From the NCBI GenBank assembly GCA_963708025.1, contig CAVPSB010000032.1, positions 256,001 through 320,000 of the forward strand: DNA of 64,000 nucleotides, written 5' to 3'. Of the stretch, positions 31,798-43,194 are shown piece after piece. Position 1 is the stretch's first letter; every line of letters begins with the position of its first letter. The DNA comes from an uncultured Candidatus Rokubacteria bacterium. GTDB lineage: Bacteria > Methylomirabilota > Methylomirabilia > Rokubacteriales > DASRDR01. Both the position numbers and the translations under genes were made by a program. The notes under the pieces are model-generated. The model searched no databases. It worked only from the letters and a program-made list of their open reading frames with translations, and was not told the DNA's origin.

Positions 31798-32913
31798 CTA
31801 CAGGATCACGAGGTCGTCGCGGTGGATGACCTCGTCCACCACCCGGTAGCCGAGCAGGCGCTCGATGTGGCTCGTCTTCGCGCCCCGGAGCAGACCCACC
31901 TCGCGCGCGTCGTAGTTGACGATCCCCCGGGCGAACTCGCGCCCCTCGGCGTCGCGGACGGAGACCGCGTCCCCCGCCGAGAACTCGCCGTTGACCTTGA
32001 CGACGCCGGACGGCAGCAGGCTCTTTCCCCCCTCGACCAGCGCCCGCCGAGCGCCGGAGTCCACCTCGAGGATGCCCTGGGCCGGGATCGCGAAGGCGAT
32101 CCACCGCTTCCGCGCCGTCAGCCGGTCGTCGCGCGGCTTGAAGTAGGTGCCGAGCGGCTCGCCCCCGAGGACCGCCTGCAGGACGCCGGGCCGGCGGCCG
32201 TCGGCGATGACCATCGGGATGCCCGCCGCCATCGCCTTCTGGGCCGCCTGCAGCTTCGTCACCATGCCGCCGGTCCCGAGCGGGCCCTGCGCCCCCGCCA
32301 GCCGCTCCAGCTCGGGGGTGATCGCCTCGACAGTCTCGATACGCCGCGCCGCCGGATCCCGGTTCGGGTCGCCGGTGTAGAGGCCGTCGGTGTCGCTGAG
32401 CAGGACCAGGAGGTCGGCTTCGATCAGGTAGGCGACGAGAGCGGCCAGGTTGTCGTTGTCCCCGACCTTGATCTCTTCCACCGCCACGGTGTCGTTCTCG
32501 TTGATGATCGGCAGCACACCGTATCCGAGCAGGGTCAGCAGCGTGTTGCGCGCGTTCAGGTAGCGCCTCCGGTCGCTGACGTCCTCCCCGGTGAGGAGAA
32601 TCTGGGCCACGCGCCGCCCGTGGGCGGCGAAGGCCTGCTCGTAATGCCACATGAGGGCCACCTGGCCGGCGGCGGCCGCGGCCTGCTTCTCCGGGATCGA
32701 CCGCGGCCGCTCCTTGAGGCCGAGGCGGGCGGTGCCTGACGCGATCGCTCCGGACGAGACGAGGGCCACCTCCAGTGGCCGGGCGGTGATCGCCGCCAGC
32801 TCCGCCGCCAGCCGCCCGATCCGCGCCGGATCGGGCCCGAGGCGGGCCTCGGCCACCAGGCCGCTGCCGACCTTGACCACGAGCCGCCGGATCGGGGGGA
32901 GCTGTCGGGTCAT
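31798..32913 (-). CDS. proB: Glutamate 5-kinase
   Basis: VVKVGS, PIINENDTV, GDNDNL, GTGGMVTK, C-terminal PUA domain. Confidence 0.96.
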   Translation of the reverse strand: MTRQLPPIRRLVVKVGSGLVAEARLGPDPARIGRLAAELAAITARPLEVALVSSGAIASGTARLGLKERPRSIPEKQAAAAAGQVALMWHYEQAFAAHGRRVAQILLTGEDVSDRRRYLNARNTLLTLLGYGVLPIINENDTVAVEEIKVGDNDNLAALVAYLIEADLLVLLSDTDGLYTGDPNRDPAARRIETVEAITPELERLAGAQGPLGTGGMVTKLQAAQKAMAAGIPMVIADGRRPGVLQAVLGGEPLGTYFKPRDDRLTARKRWIAFAIPAQGILEVDSGARRALVEGGKSLLPSGVVKVNGEFSAGDAVSVRDAEGREFARGIVNYDAREVGLLRGAKTSHIERLLGYRVVDEVIHRDDLVIL

Positions 32914-32980
32914 CCCGTCGCCCGGGCCGGACGCGCGGGCCGGATCTGATCTTCAGGGGCGACACACGGGAGCAGTCGGG

Positions 32981-34036
<1,056 letters not shown>

Positions 34037-34094
34037 TCAGGGCGCTCGGCCGATCGGGTTTCCGGGGCGGCCGCCGGGACGCGGCCGCCCGCGC

Positions 34095-34352
34095 TCAGCC
34101 GGCCGAGGGGAGGACGCTGACGAACCGGCGGCCGGCCCGCTCGTCGAAGCGGACCACGCCGGCGGTCTTGGCGAACAGCGTGAAGTCCACCCCGAGGCCG
34201 ACGTTGGTGCCGGGACGGAACCGGGTGCCCCGCTGGCGGACCAGGATCGAGCCCGCCGTGACCACCTGGCCGCCGAACCGCTTGACCCCCAGCATCTTGG
34301 GCTGGCTGTCCCGTCCGTTCCGGGAGCTGCCGACGCCCTTCTTGTGTGCCAT
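34095..34352 (-). CDS. rpmA: 50S ribosomal protein L27
   Basis: [16 protein letters not shown]. Confidence 0.98.
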   Translation of the reverse strand: MAHKKGVGSSRNGRDSQPKMLGVKRFGGQVVTAGSILVRQRGTRFRPGTNVGLGVDFTLFAKTAGVVRFDERAGRRFVSVLPSAG

Positions 34353-34377
34353 GGTCTCGCTCTCCGTGGTGATCGAT

Positions 34378-34695
34378 TCAGCCGCCGGCCTCGATGCGCG
34401 TGATCCGGACGGCGGTGTAGTCCTGACGATGCCCCTTGCGGCGCGTGTAGTTCTTCCGGCGCTTGAACTTCAGGACGATGACCTTGCGACCGCGACCGGC
34501 GCGCACCACCTGCCCGACGACCCGGGCACCGGCCAGCGCCGCCGGCTCGACGACGGGTCCGCCGTCACCCTGGAGATAGGCGACCTGGGTGAACTCGACC
34601 GTGGCCCCCTGCTCCGCCGGCAGCCGCTCGAGGCGGACCACCTCACCCTCGCGGACCCGGTACTGCTTTCCACCCGTGACGATCACCGCCTCCAC
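34378..34695 (-). CDS. rplU: 50S ribosomal protein L21
   Basis: [24 protein letters not shown] at 34695 is best spaced from GGAGG. Confidence 0.96.
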   Translation of the reverse strand: MEAVIVTGGKQYRVREGEVVRLERLPAEQGATVEFTQVAYLQGDGGPVVEPAALAGARVVGQVVRAGRGRKVIVLKFKRRKNYTRRKGHRQDYTAVRITRIEAGG

Positions 34696-34740
34696 GCCCA
34701 CACCTCCATGGCTTCTCTGCGATCACAATCGGAAGCCCTG

Positions 34741-34769
34741 ATTTCACCACAGCCGGTCCCCGATGTCAA
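34741..34769 (-). promoter_or_regulatory. Putative rplU operon promoter
   Basis: Minus strand TTGACA (34764-34769), 17 nt, then TGAAAT (34741-34746). Confidence 0.5.
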
Positions 34770-34792
34770 CGCGCGCGTGGTACGATCGGCGC

Positions 34793-35593
34793 GTGAGACG
34801 CGCTCCGATCGCCCTCCTCTCGGGCGCCGTGGCCCTCCTGCTCGTCCTGGCGCTCCCCGGCGTCCGCGCCGGGACGGCTCACGCGCTCGGTCTCCTGGCG
34901 GCCGGCGATCTCGGCGGTCTCCGCGAGTATCTCCGCGGCTTCGGACTCTGGGCCCCGCTCGTCTCGGCCGCGCTCATGCAGGTCCAGGCGGTCATCGCGC
35001 CGCTCCCGTCGTTCCCCCTCATGTACGCCAACGGGCTGCTCTTCGGCACGCTCTGGGGGGGCCTCCTGTCCTGGACGAGCATCCTGGTCTCCGCGATGGT
35101 CTGCTTCGGTCTGGCGCGCCTCTTCGGCCGGCCCCTCGTCGAGCGCATGGTGAGCCCGGCCGCCCTCACCCGGGCCGACCGCCACCTCGCGCGACTCGGT
35201 CCGCTCGCCCTCTTCGTGGCCCGGCTGATCCCCCTGACCTCGTTCGACCTCCTGAGCTACGCGGCGGGCCTGACCTCGATGCGCCTCGGCCCCTTCTGCC
35301 TGGCGACCGGGCTCGGGATGGCCCCGGCCATCTTCCTGACCGCGGCCGCCGCCGATCTCGGCTGGCACTCGCCGTGGGCGCTCCTCGCGGCGATCCTGGG
35401 GATCGCCGCCGTGGCCGGGTTGGTGGTCCTCGTCCGCCCGCGGGTGGCCCGTCGGCTCGGCGGCCAGCCGGCTGGTGCGACGCCCCCTCGAGACCCCCGA
35501 GCGGCCCCCTTCGGAGGCCGCGGCAATGCTGCGGCTCGGAACGGCGCCGCGGTCGGTGATCCTAGAGTCCTTGACGCGCCAAAGTCATGGTAG
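34793..35593 (+). CDS. TVP38/TMEM64 (DedA/SNARE-associated) membrane protein
   Basis: [34 protein letters not shown]; start approximate. Confidence 0.85.
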   Translation: MRRAPIALLSGAVALLLVLALPGVRAGTAHALGLLAAGDLGGLREYLRGFGLWAPLVSAALMQVQAVIAPLPSFPLMYANGLLFGTLWGGLLSWTSILVSAMVCFGLARLFGRPLVERMVSPAALTRADRHLARLGPLALFVARLIPLTSFDLLSYAAGLTSMRLGPFCLATGLGMAPAIFLTAAAADLGWHSPWALLAAILGIAAVAGLVVLVRPRVARRLGGQPAGATPPRDPRAAPFGGRGNAAARNGAAVGDPRVLDAPKSW

Positions 35594-35739
35594 ATGAGTC
35601 AAGTTCTCGGGGGCGGGGCCGAGGAGCGAGCAGCGCTAGGACGCAGGGAGTCGCCGACCGCAGGCGTACTCCGAGTACGCCGAGGATCGGCGACGACCGA
35701 GGACGACGCGATGCGACGCTCATCGGCCCCGCCCGCTAG
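35562..35739. repeat. Family A repeat, copy A5
   Basis: Shares both the core and the left leader (ctag..caaagtcatgg.agatga.tcaa.ttctcggg) with A1; ends in CTAG, the sigma factor stop. Confidence 0.9.
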
Positions 35740-36347
35740 GCCGTGCGGCCGAAGTACTCCGCCAAGCGCTGGCGCAGGAAGAGCCGCGAGCGGTGGACCC
35801 GGGACTTCACGGCCGGGAGGCTGATGCCGAGCAACTCCCCGACCTCGGGGTTCGACACCCCCTCCATGTCGTGGAGCACGAAGGCCGTCCGGTAGTCCGG
35901 CGGGAGGCTGTCGATCGCCTCCCGGAGCCGCTCCCGGGCCTCCCCCTGGAGGGCAGGGTCCTCGAAGGCCTGGGTCCAGTCCCGGACGGGCTCGGCAAAG
36001 TGACCGTCGGCGTCGAAGGAGGGCAGGAGAGTCTCCCAGGACACCTCGTCCCGGCCCCGCCGGCCGCGGAGCTTCTGGTAGGCGGCGTTCGCCGTGATCC
36101 GGTAGATCCAGCTCCCGAGCGCGGACTCGCCTTTGAAGGTGTCGATCTTCCGGGAGACGGTCCACATGACGTCCTGGGTCACTTCCTGGGCATCCTCCGG
36201 ATTCCCGGTGATCCGCAACGCAAGCCGGTACGTCTTCGGGGCGAATCGAGCCACCAGCTCCTCGACGGCCTCGGGCCGGCGGTCGAGCAGCGACTGCTGC
36301 AACTGCTCGTCCGACCACTCGGTTGTCGGCGTCACGGGTCGTGCCAT
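35736..36347 (-). CDS. ECF RNA polymerase sigma factor
   Basis: Region 2 DAQEVTQD..SWIYRITAN; region 4 LPPDYR..VKSRVHRSR. Confidence 0.92.
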   Translation of the reverse strand: MARPVTPTTEWSDEQLQQSLLDRRPEAVEELVARFAPKTYRLALRITGNPEDAQEVTQDVMWTVSRKIDTFKGESALGSWIYRITANAAYQKLRGRRGRDEVSWETLLPSFDADGHFAEPVRDWTQAFEDPALQGEARERLREAIDSLPPDYRTAFVLHDMEGVSNPEVGELLGISLPAVKSRVHRSRLFLRQRLAEYFGRTA

Positions 36348-36696
36348 GGGGCAATCCGCCCGGTCCCAGGATCCCACCGTCCGCCGCCGGACCGGCCGGG
36401 ATCCCCGCCGCCTGCCCGGGCAAGGGACGCGCTCAGCTTCGAGCGTCGACGGGTCCGGCGTCTCGGGCAGGCCGGGAACCCTGTGGGCGTGAATGTCCTA
36501 GGTACCACGGCCGACCGACCCGGTCAAGCGCGCCGGCATCTGCATCTACCCGGCCCGCCGGCGCTCGCTTGACACTGACCGCGCCCTCGGGTAGTCGTGG
36601 GGAAGGGTTCATCTGCCAGGCTGCGGTCCCGCGAGCGGGGCCGCCTGAATGGCCCACGGGGCGATCGCGTCGGAACGGGACGAGGACGGTCAGACC

Positions 36697-37023
36697 ATGC
36701 GGACTCGATGGATTCGCGCGATGCTCGCTACGCTGCTCCTGGGTCTCGGTAGTGCTCACCCGATCGGCCTCGGGGGGGCGCCGGCGCTCGCCCAGGAGCT
36801 GGCCCCTCAGCCCCCTCCGCCTCCCCAGGTGGAGTCGCCTGGCCCCCCGCCCAGCCCGAACGCCGTGTGGATCGCCGGACACTGGCTCTGGCGAGGCGGC
36901 CGGTACGACTGGGTGGCCGGGCGGTGGGAGAACGCCCTCCCCGGGGCGTCCTACATCCCGGGCCGGCACAAGCAGACGGGGCAGGGGTGGGTCTGGGAGC
37001 CCGGCCGTTGGCGCAAGCCCTAG
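36697..37023 (+). CDS. Secreted YXWGXW-repeat protein
   Basis: Signal peptide, Pro-rich linker, WIAGHW, WVAGRW, WEPGRW repeats. Confidence 0.75.
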   Translation: MRTRWIRAMLATLLLGLGSAHPIGLGGAPALAQELAPQPPPPPQVESPGPPPSPNAVWIAGHWLWRGGRYDWVAGRWENALPGASYIPGRHKQTGQGWVWEPGRWRKP

Positions 37024-37082
37024 CGGCGCGGGCCCCGGCGCCAGGCCCTGCGCCGCCATGACGGCGCCACGAATAGATCGGG

Positions 37083-38492
37083 CTAGAACAGGGGGGTGGC
37101 GGCGCGGAGGGCGGTGTCGAGGAGCGGGCGCGGGTAGAGGCCGAGGAGCACGATGGCGAGCGCGCTGACGAGGATCACGAGGGCGAGAGCCGGCGGCACC
37201 GAAACCGGCGTCGTCGTGACGGGCGGGTCGATGTACATCTGCTTGGCGACGAGCAGATAGTAGAAGAGGGCCACCACGGTCAGCACGGCACCGAGCAGCA
37301 CCAGCCCGTAAAGGCGCGCCTCCGCCGCCGCCCAGAAGACGTAGAGCTTCGCCCAGAAGCCCACCACGAAGGGGATCCCGCCCAGCGAGAGCAGGAAGAG
37401 CAGCATGGCCAGCGCCAGGAGCGGCGAGCGCTGGGCCAGCCCCCGGAACGCGGCAACGCCGGTCGATCCCTCGGCCTGGGCCACCGCCTCGACGACCAGG
37501 AAGGCCCCCATGTTCGCGAAGACGTAGGCGACCAGGTAGAAGAGGACGACGGCGACGCCGAACGGGCTCACCGCCGCCACCCCGAGCAGCATGTAGCCGA
37601 TGTGGGCGATGCCCGAGTAGGCGAGGAGCCGCTTGAGGTTCGTCTGGGGCAGCGCCATGAGGTTGCCGGCGACCATGGTGATCGCCGCCAGCGCGGCGGC
37701 CAGGGGCACCCAGACGGCCGCCCGGTCGCCGGCTCCCTCGAGGAAGACCCGGACGATGACGGCGAAGCCCGCGGCCTTGGGCGCCACCGAGAGCCAGGCG
37801 ACGAACGGCGTGGAGGCCGCCTCGTAGGTGTCGGGCACCCACATGTGGAAGGGGAAGGCCGCGATCTTGAACCCGAGGCCCGCCAGGACCAGGATGAAGC
37901 CGAGGACGAGGACCGGGTTGCCGGCGCCGAGGGCTCGGACGAGCTCGGGTACCATCGTCGTGCCGGTGGCGCCGTAGAGGAACGACAGACCATAGGCCAG
38001 GATCGCCGTGGACAGGCTCCCGACCAGGAAGAACTTCAGTCCCGCCTCCACCGCCAGCTCCTCGCGCTTGTCGAAGGCCGCCAGCACGTAGAGCGGGATC
38101 GACATCAGCTCGAAGGCGACGAAGAGCAGCACCAGCTCCCGGGCCGACGCCAGGAGCAGCATGCCGAGGAGCGAGGCCAGGATCAGGAGGTGGTACTCCG
38201 GCGCCCGCCGGTGGAACGCGGGCTGGCGGAGCGCCAGCCCGCCGACCACCCCGAGCAGCGTCGCCAGCACGAAGACCTGCTTGAAGAAGCGGGCCAGCCC
38301 GTTGACGACGTAGGCGCCCTCGAACAGGGCCCCGCGCGCGTCGAAGAGGACCGAGAGCGCCAGCAGGCCGGCCAGGCCCACCGCCGTGACGACCCCCGCC
38401 TCCCGCCGGCGGGCCGGACCCGCCACCAGACCCAGCCCGAGGACGACCAGCATGAGCCCGGCCAGCGTCAGCTCGAGCGTGAGCAGCATCAC
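37083..38492 (-). CDS. nuoN: NADH-quinone oxidoreductase subunit N (cluster 2)
   Basis: EAGLKFF, FKIAAFPFHMWVPDTYE, KRLLAYSGIAH. Confidence 0.93.
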   Translation of the reverse strand: MMLLTLELTLAGLMLVVLGLGLVAGPARRREAGVVTAVGLAGLLALSVLFDARGALFEGAYVVNGLARFFKQVFVLATLLGVVGGLALRQPAFHRRAPEYHLLILASLLGMLLLASARELVLLFVAFELMSIPLYVLAAFDKREELAVEAGLKFFLVGSLSTAILAYGLSFLYGATGTTMVPELVRALGAGNPVLVLGFILVLAGLGFKIAAFPFHMWVPDTYEAASTPFVAWLSVAPKAAGFAVIVRVFLEGAGDRAAVWVPLAAALAAITMVAGNLMALPQTNLKRLLAYSGIAHIGYMLLGVAAVSPFGVAVVLFYLVAYVFANMGAFLVVEAVAQAEGSTGVAAFRGLAQRSPLLALAMLLFLLSLGGIPFVVGFWAKLYVFWAAAEARLYGLVLLGAVLTVVALFYYLLVAKQMYIDPPVTTTPVSVPPALALVILVSALAIVLLGLYPRPLLDTALRAATPLF

Positions 38493-40027
38493 GGCAGCAC
38501 GCCCAGCCGATCCAGCAGCGCGACCGTGGCCCGGTCGACGGGGACGAGAGCCAGGGCCGGGACGAGCCCGAAGAGGACGAGGATCGCGGAGAGGAAGACC
38601 AGGCTGAACCACTCCGGCCCCCGGGCGTCGCCGAGGTGCGCGTACTCGGCCTCTGCCAGCGGGCCCCAGAAGATCCGCCGCGCCACTCGGAGCACGTAGA
38701 TCGCCGTCAGGAAGGTGCCGGCCACCGCCGGGAAGAGCCACCACCGGTACGGCGACTGCCAGGCGCCGAGGAAGGTCAGGATCTCCGCGACGAACCCCGA
38801 GAGGCCGGGCAGCCCCAGCGAGGACAGGGCGCCCAGCGTGAACGCGGCGGCGATGCCCGGCATCCGGCGTCCGAAGCCGCCCATCCGGCCGATCTCCCGG
38901 GTGTGCGCCTTCTCGTAGATGAGGCCGACCAGGGCGAAGAAGAGTCCGGTCATGATCCCGTGGGCGAACATCTGGAAGACCGAGCCGTTCAGCCCCGCCT
39001 CCGTCAGCGTGGCCGCCCCCAGCATCACGATCCCCATGTGGGAGACCGAGGAGTAGGCGACGACGTATTTCAGGTCGGTCTGGGCCATCGCCGAGAGGGC
39101 GCCGTACACGATGTTGACGACGGCGATCGTGCCCATCAGCGGGGCCCACTCGACGGTCCCTTCCGGCAGGAGACCCATCGCGACCCGGACGATGCCGTAG
39201 GCGCCGAGCTTCATCAGCACCCCGGCGTGCAGCATCGACACGGCGGTTGGCGCCGACGCGTGGCCGTCGGGCGACCAGGTGTGGAGCGGCCAGATGCCGG
39301 CCAGGATCCCGAAGCCCACGTACAGCGCCAGGAAGACCCAGCGCTGGACCACGGGGTCGAACTCCGCCTGCTGGAGCGTCAGCAGCGAGAAGGACCGGGT
39401 GCCGGCCGCGAAGTAGAGCACGAAGATGCCGACCAGGATGAACGCCGACCCGAAGAGCAGGTACAGGGTCAGCTTCATGGCCGCGTATTCCTTCGTCCCG
39501 ACGCCCGTCGCCCGGAACGCCCACGCGAAGGGGCCTCGGGGGAGGACCCGGCCGGTCGAGCCCCAGATCCCGATCAGGAGGTACATCGGGAGGACGGCCA
39601 GCTCGTAGAAGAGGAAGAAGACGAAGAGGTCGAGCGAGACGAAGACCCCGAAGACGCCGGTGACCAGCGTGAGCAGGAGCGCGTAGAACTCCTGGTCCCG
39701 CTCCCGGACGGTCCAGGAGGCGAAGACGCCGGCGAAGATGATGATCGCGGTGAGCAGGATCAGGAGCACCGACATCCCGTCCGCCCCCAGCTCGATCGCC
39801 ACGCCGAGGGTGGGGACCAGGGAGTAACGCTCGTAGAACTGGAAGCCGCCGGTGGAGACCTGATAGGCGCCGTAGACGTAGAGCGACAGCGCGAGCGAGA
39901 TGCCGGTGGTCACCACCGCGATGCCGCGCACCGCCGCCGGTCGCCGGCGGGCGGTGAACATGATCAGGACCGCGCCGACGAACGGAGCGGCGGTGATGAG
40001 CGAGAGGACCGGCCAGCTCCCGGTCAT
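38489..40027 (-). CDS. nuoM: NADH-quinone oxidoreductase subunit M (cluster 2)
   Basis: FYELAVLPMY, PLHTWSPDGH..APT, MKLGAYG, AYSSVSHMG. Confidence 0.93.
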   Translation of the reverse strand: MTGSWPVLSLITAAPFVGAVLIMFTARRRPAAVRGIAVVTTGISLALSLYVYGAYQVSTGGFQFYERYSLVPTLGVAIELGADGMSVLLILLTAIIIFAGVFASWTVRERDQEFYALLLTLVTGVFGVFVSLDLFVFFLFYELAVLPMYLLIGIWGSTGRVLPRGPFAWAFRATGVGTKEYAAMKLTLYLLFGSAFILVGIFVLYFAAGTRSFSLLTLQQAEFDPVVQRWVFLALYVGFGILAGIWPLHTWSPDGHASAPTAVSMLHAGVLMKLGAYGIVRVAMGLLPEGTVEWAPLMGTIAVVNIVYGALSAMAQTDLKYVVAYSSVSHMGIVMLGAATLTEAGLNGSVFQMFAHGIMTGLFFALVGLIYEKAHTREIGRMGGFGRRMPGIAAAFTLGALSSLGLPGLSGFVAEILTFLGAWQSPYRWWLFPAVAGTFLTAIYVLRVARRIFWGPLAEAEYAHLGDARGPEWFSLVFLSAILVLFGLVPALALVPVDRATVALLDRLGVLP

Positions 40028-40067
40028 ATCCAATAGGGGGGGGAGTCCCAACCACTCCCCCCCTAGA

Positions 40068-40197
40068 CCCCCCCACCTGGGGGTTACGCCCCCCCACCTG
40101 GGGGTTACGCTCCCCCACCTGGGGGTTACGCCCCGTCCCCCACCTGGGGGTTACGCCCCCCCACCTGGGGGTTACGCCCCCCCACCTGGGGGTTACG
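40068..40197. repeat. Tandem repeat (VNTR), six copies of a ~21-bp unit CCCCCCCACCTGGGGGTTACG
   Basis: Core cacctgggggttacg at 40074, 40095, 40116, 40141, 40162, 40183. Confidence 0.92.
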
Positions 40198-40240
40198 GTC
40201 TGTCTGAAGCGGTGCGTGCCATGCTGACGGCCGGATCGGC

Positions 40241-42139
40241 TCACCAGGCGCTCCAGATCACCACCAGCAGCAGGAAGCCGGCCGCGACGCCGTAGAGGTA
40301 GTCCTGGGCCCGACCGGTCTGCAGCCGCCGCAGCCCGGCCCCGGCCTGGAGGGTCCACGCGCTCGCCACGTTCACCAGGCCGTCCACCAGGTAGCGATCG
40401 ATCCACCCCACCACGCGCGCCGTCGCGAGGACGACCCCCCGGTACAGCGCCGCGTAGGCGGCGTCCAGGCCGTACCCCCGATCAGCCGCGGTGGCCAGGG
40501 GCCCGAAGGCGCGCCGGAGGGCGTCCGCGGACAGGATCTGCCGCTGGTACACCGCCCAGGCGCCGACGATCCCGGCCCCGGCGAGGACGACGGACAGGGG
40601 CGCCAGCCAGCCGGGGCCGTGCGGCAGGGCCGCCTGGACGTCCTCGCCGACGAACTGGGCCAGGCTGAGCCCGAGCCGACCGCTGGCTAGGATGCCCGCC
40701 ACGACCGAGAAGATCGCCAGCACCCACAGCGGCCCCAGCATCACCGCCGGTGGGTCGTGGGGATGGCCGGGGGCGGCGCCGGGCCCGAAGAACGCCAGGA
40801 AGATCGCACGGAACATGTAGAAGGCCGTCAGCAGCACGGTCAGCGCGAGCATGAGGAACGGCCCGACCAGGTCGGCCTCCCAGACCCCGGCCAGCACGGC
40901 CTCCTTGGAGAAGAAGCCCGAGAGCGGCGGGATGCCGGCCAGCGCCAGGGCGCCGACCACGAACACGATCGCCGTCTTCGGCATGGCCCGGCCGAGCCGG
41001 CCCATCTCGAAGAGGTCGTTGGTGTGGACGGCGTGGATCACGGCGCCGGCCGCCAGGAAGAGCAAGGCCTTGAAGAAGCCGTGGGTCAGCAGGTGGTAGA
41101 AGCCGGCCACCGGGGCGCCGGCGCCGTGGGCCGCCATCATGTAGCCGAGCTGGGAGACGGTGGAGTAGGCGAGGACGCGCTTGATGTCCCGCTGGACGAG
41201 GGCCAGCGTGGCGGCCAGCAGCGCGGTGAAGGCGCCGATCCAGGCGATGAGGACGAGGAGCTGGGGGACGGCGAAGAACAGGGGGAAGGTGCGCGCCACC
41301 AGGTACACGCCGGCGGTGACCATGGTCGCGGCGTGGATGAGCGCGGAGACCGGCGTCGGGCCCTCCATCGCGTCGGGGAGCCAGATGTGGAGCGGGAACT
41401 GGGCGCTCTTGCCCATGGCGCCGAGATAGATGAGGCCCAGGCAGAGCGCGAGGTACCGCGGCTCGATCACCCCCTGGCCCACCGTCCGGAAGAGCGAGTC
41501 GAAGGCGAACGTCCCGGTCGCGCCCCACAGGAGGACGATGCCCAGCACGAAGCCGACGTCGCCGAGGCGCGTGACCCAGAAGGCCTTGACCGCGGCGGCG
41601 GCCGCCGCCGGCCGCTGGTAGTAATAGCCGATCAGGAGGTAGGAGCAGAGCCCGACCAGCTCCCAGAAGACGAACATCTGGAGGAAGTTCGGCGCGAAGA
41701 CGAGCCCCAGCATCGAGAAGGCGAAGAGCGACTGGTAGAGGTAGTAGCGGCCGAGGCCGGCCGGCGGCTCCTCCGCGAGGTAACCGAGGGAGTAGAGCTG
41801 GACCAGGAACGCGACCAGGGCCACCAGGGCCGCCATCGCGGCGGCCAGCGGGTCCACGTAGACGCCCACGGTCGCCAGGGGCGCCCCCGTCTGCGGCAGC
41901 CAGGGGATCGTGAGCACGCTCTCGCGGCTCGGCCCGGCCCCGACCGCCAGCGACACCGTGACCGTCCGCCAGAGCCCGGCGACGAGCTGGACGGCGGCCA
42001 CGAGGGCGGCGGCCGAGCCGGCCAGCGAGACGACCGCCGCCGCCCGGCCCGCCCGGCGCAGCGGGGGGCAGACCCCGAGCACCAGGGCGGCCAGGAACGG
42101 GCCAGCGACGACCGTCAGGGCCAGGAAGGTCTCGCTCAC
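40241..42139 (-). CDS. nuoL: NADH-quinone oxidoreductase subunit L (cluster 2)
   Basis: FWELVGLCSYLLIG, GKSAQFPLHIWLPDAMEGPTPVSALIHAATM. Confidence 0.95.
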   Translation of the reverse strand: MSETFLALTVVAGPFLAALVLGVCPPLRRAGRAAAVVSLAGSAAALVAAVQLVAGLWRTVTVSLAVGAGPSRESVLTIPWLPQTGAPLATVGVYVDPLAAAMAALVALVAFLVQLYSLGYLAEEPPAGLGRYYLYQSLFAFSMLGLVFAPNFLQMFVFWELVGLCSYLLIGYYYQRPAAAAAAVKAFWVTRLGDVGFVLGIVLLWGATGTFAFDSLFRTVGQGVIEPRYLALCLGLIYLGAMGKSAQFPLHIWLPDAMEGPTPVSALIHAATMVTAGVYLVARTFPLFFAVPQLLVLIAWIGAFTALLAATLALVQRDIKRVLAYSTVSQLGYMMAAHGAGAPVAGFYHLLTHGFFKALLFLAAGAVIHAVHTNDLFEMGRLGRAMPKTAIVFVVGALALAGIPPLSGFFSKEAVLAGVWEADLVGPFLMLALTVLLTAFYMFRAIFLAFFGPGAAPGHPHDPPAVMLGPLWVLAIFSVVAGILASGRLGLSLAQFVGEDVQAALPHGPGWLAPLSVVLAGAGIVGAWAVYQRQILSADALRRAFGPLATAADRGYGLDAAYAALYRGVVLATARVVGWIDRYLVDGLVNVASAWTLQAGAGLRRLQTGRAQDYLYGVAAGFLLLVVIWSAW

Positions 42140-42142
42140 CGG

Positions 42143-42332
42143 GTTATTCGGGCCGGGGGGGAGCTGCGCGCTCCTCCCCCGGTCCCCCCCTCCGGATGTC
42201 CCCTCGCAAGCGCATCCTCGGCGATTGCTTCAGGGCGCCTCCGGGCCGGGGGGGAGCTGCGCGCTCCTCCCCCGGTCCCCCCCTCCGGATGTCCCGGCGC
42301 TGGCGCAGGTTCGGCGACTCCTTCACCGCTGC
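42143..42332. repeat. Family B repeat, two tandem short copies (B2a, B2b) in the nuoK-nuoL gap
   Basis: cgggccgggggggagctgcgcgctcctcccccggtccccccctccggatgtccc occurs at 42149 and 42242. Confidence 0.88.
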
Positions 42333-42629
42333 TCAGCCCCGGAGCAGCGTCAGGTGATCCGCCTCGACGGTCCGGCGGACGCGGAAGATCACGATGACGA
42401 TCGCCAGGCCCACCGCGATCTCGGCGACGGTGATGGCGATCGTGAAGAGCGTCAGGACCCAGCCCGCGACCCCGGCGCCGTAGCGGGCGAAGGCCACGAG
42501 GTTGATGTTGACCGCGTTCAGCATCAGCTCGATGCCGAGCAGGATGCCGACCGCGTTCCGCCGGGTCAGCACGCCGAAGAGCCCGATGGCGAACACCCCG
42601 GCGGCGAGCAGTAGGTACGCCTTCAGCAC
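42333..42629 (-). CDS. nuoK: NADH-quinone oxidoreductase subunit K (cluster 2)
   Basis: [20 protein letters not shown]. Confidence 0.93.
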   Translation of the reverse strand: MLKAYLLLAAGVFAIGLFGVLTRRNAVGILLGIELMLNAVNINLVAFARYGAGVAGWVLTLFTIAITVAEIAVGLAIVIVIFRVRRTVEADHLTLLRG

Positions 42630-42696
42630 GCGCCCTCCCTCGGCAAGGGGCGATGACCGACGCTGCCCGGCCCTCGCCCCGGCCCGATCCCTCGCT

Positions 42697-43194
42697 TCAA
42701 TCCTCCGTGCGCGCGACGTGGACCGCGGCCAGCAGCGCCGCCAGCAACAAGACGCCCAGCACCTCGAACGGCAGCACCCAGTCCGTCAGGAGCGCCCGCC
42801 CCAGCAACTCCGTCGTCGCCGGCCGCCCCGGCCCGGCCGGGGCCACCGGGAGGTGAGCCCGGAGCAAGACCGCGGCGACGGCCGCGAACACCGCCACCGC
42901 GACGACGGCGCCCCAGCCGATCCCCCGATTCATCTGCTGGATGCGCTCGCCGACCAGCCGCTCGGTGAGCATGATGGCGAAGACGACGATGGTCACCACG
43001 CCGCCCGCGTAGAGGAGGACCTGGGCGGCGGCGAGGAACTCGGCGTGGAGCAGGAGGAAGAGCCCCGCCGTGGCCACCAGAGCCAGGGCCAGCCACAGCA
43101 CCGAGTGAAAGAGGTTCCGGGCCAGGACGACCTGCAGGCTCCCGACGAGCAGCAGGACGGCCAGGCCGGCCAGTCCGATCGCCTCGCCGGTCAC
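42697..43194 (-). CDS. nuoJ: NADH-quinone oxidoreductase subunit J (cluster 2)
   Basis: [23 protein letters not shown]. Confidence 0.92.
   Translation of the reverse strand: MTGEAIGLAGLAVLLLVGSLQVVLARNLFHSVLWLALALVATAGLFLLLHAEFLAAAQVLLYAGGVVTIVVFAIMLTERLVGERIQQMNRGIGWGAVVAVAVFAAVAAVLLRAHLPVAPAGPGRPATTELLGRALLTDWVLPFEVLGVLLLAALLAAVHVARTED

Noticed and set aside
40068-40197. CRISPR array
   Set aside because: The units are contiguous with no unique spacers, and there are no cas genes.
37083-40406. 1107-aa fusion protein ending in NuoN
   Set aside because: The upstream part is an alternate frame of nuoM and the VNTR; nuoN has its own start overlapping the nuoM stop.
42144-42326. 60-aa ORF with an internal repeat
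   Set aside because: It is simply the translation of the two tandem family B copies, with no independent coding evidence.
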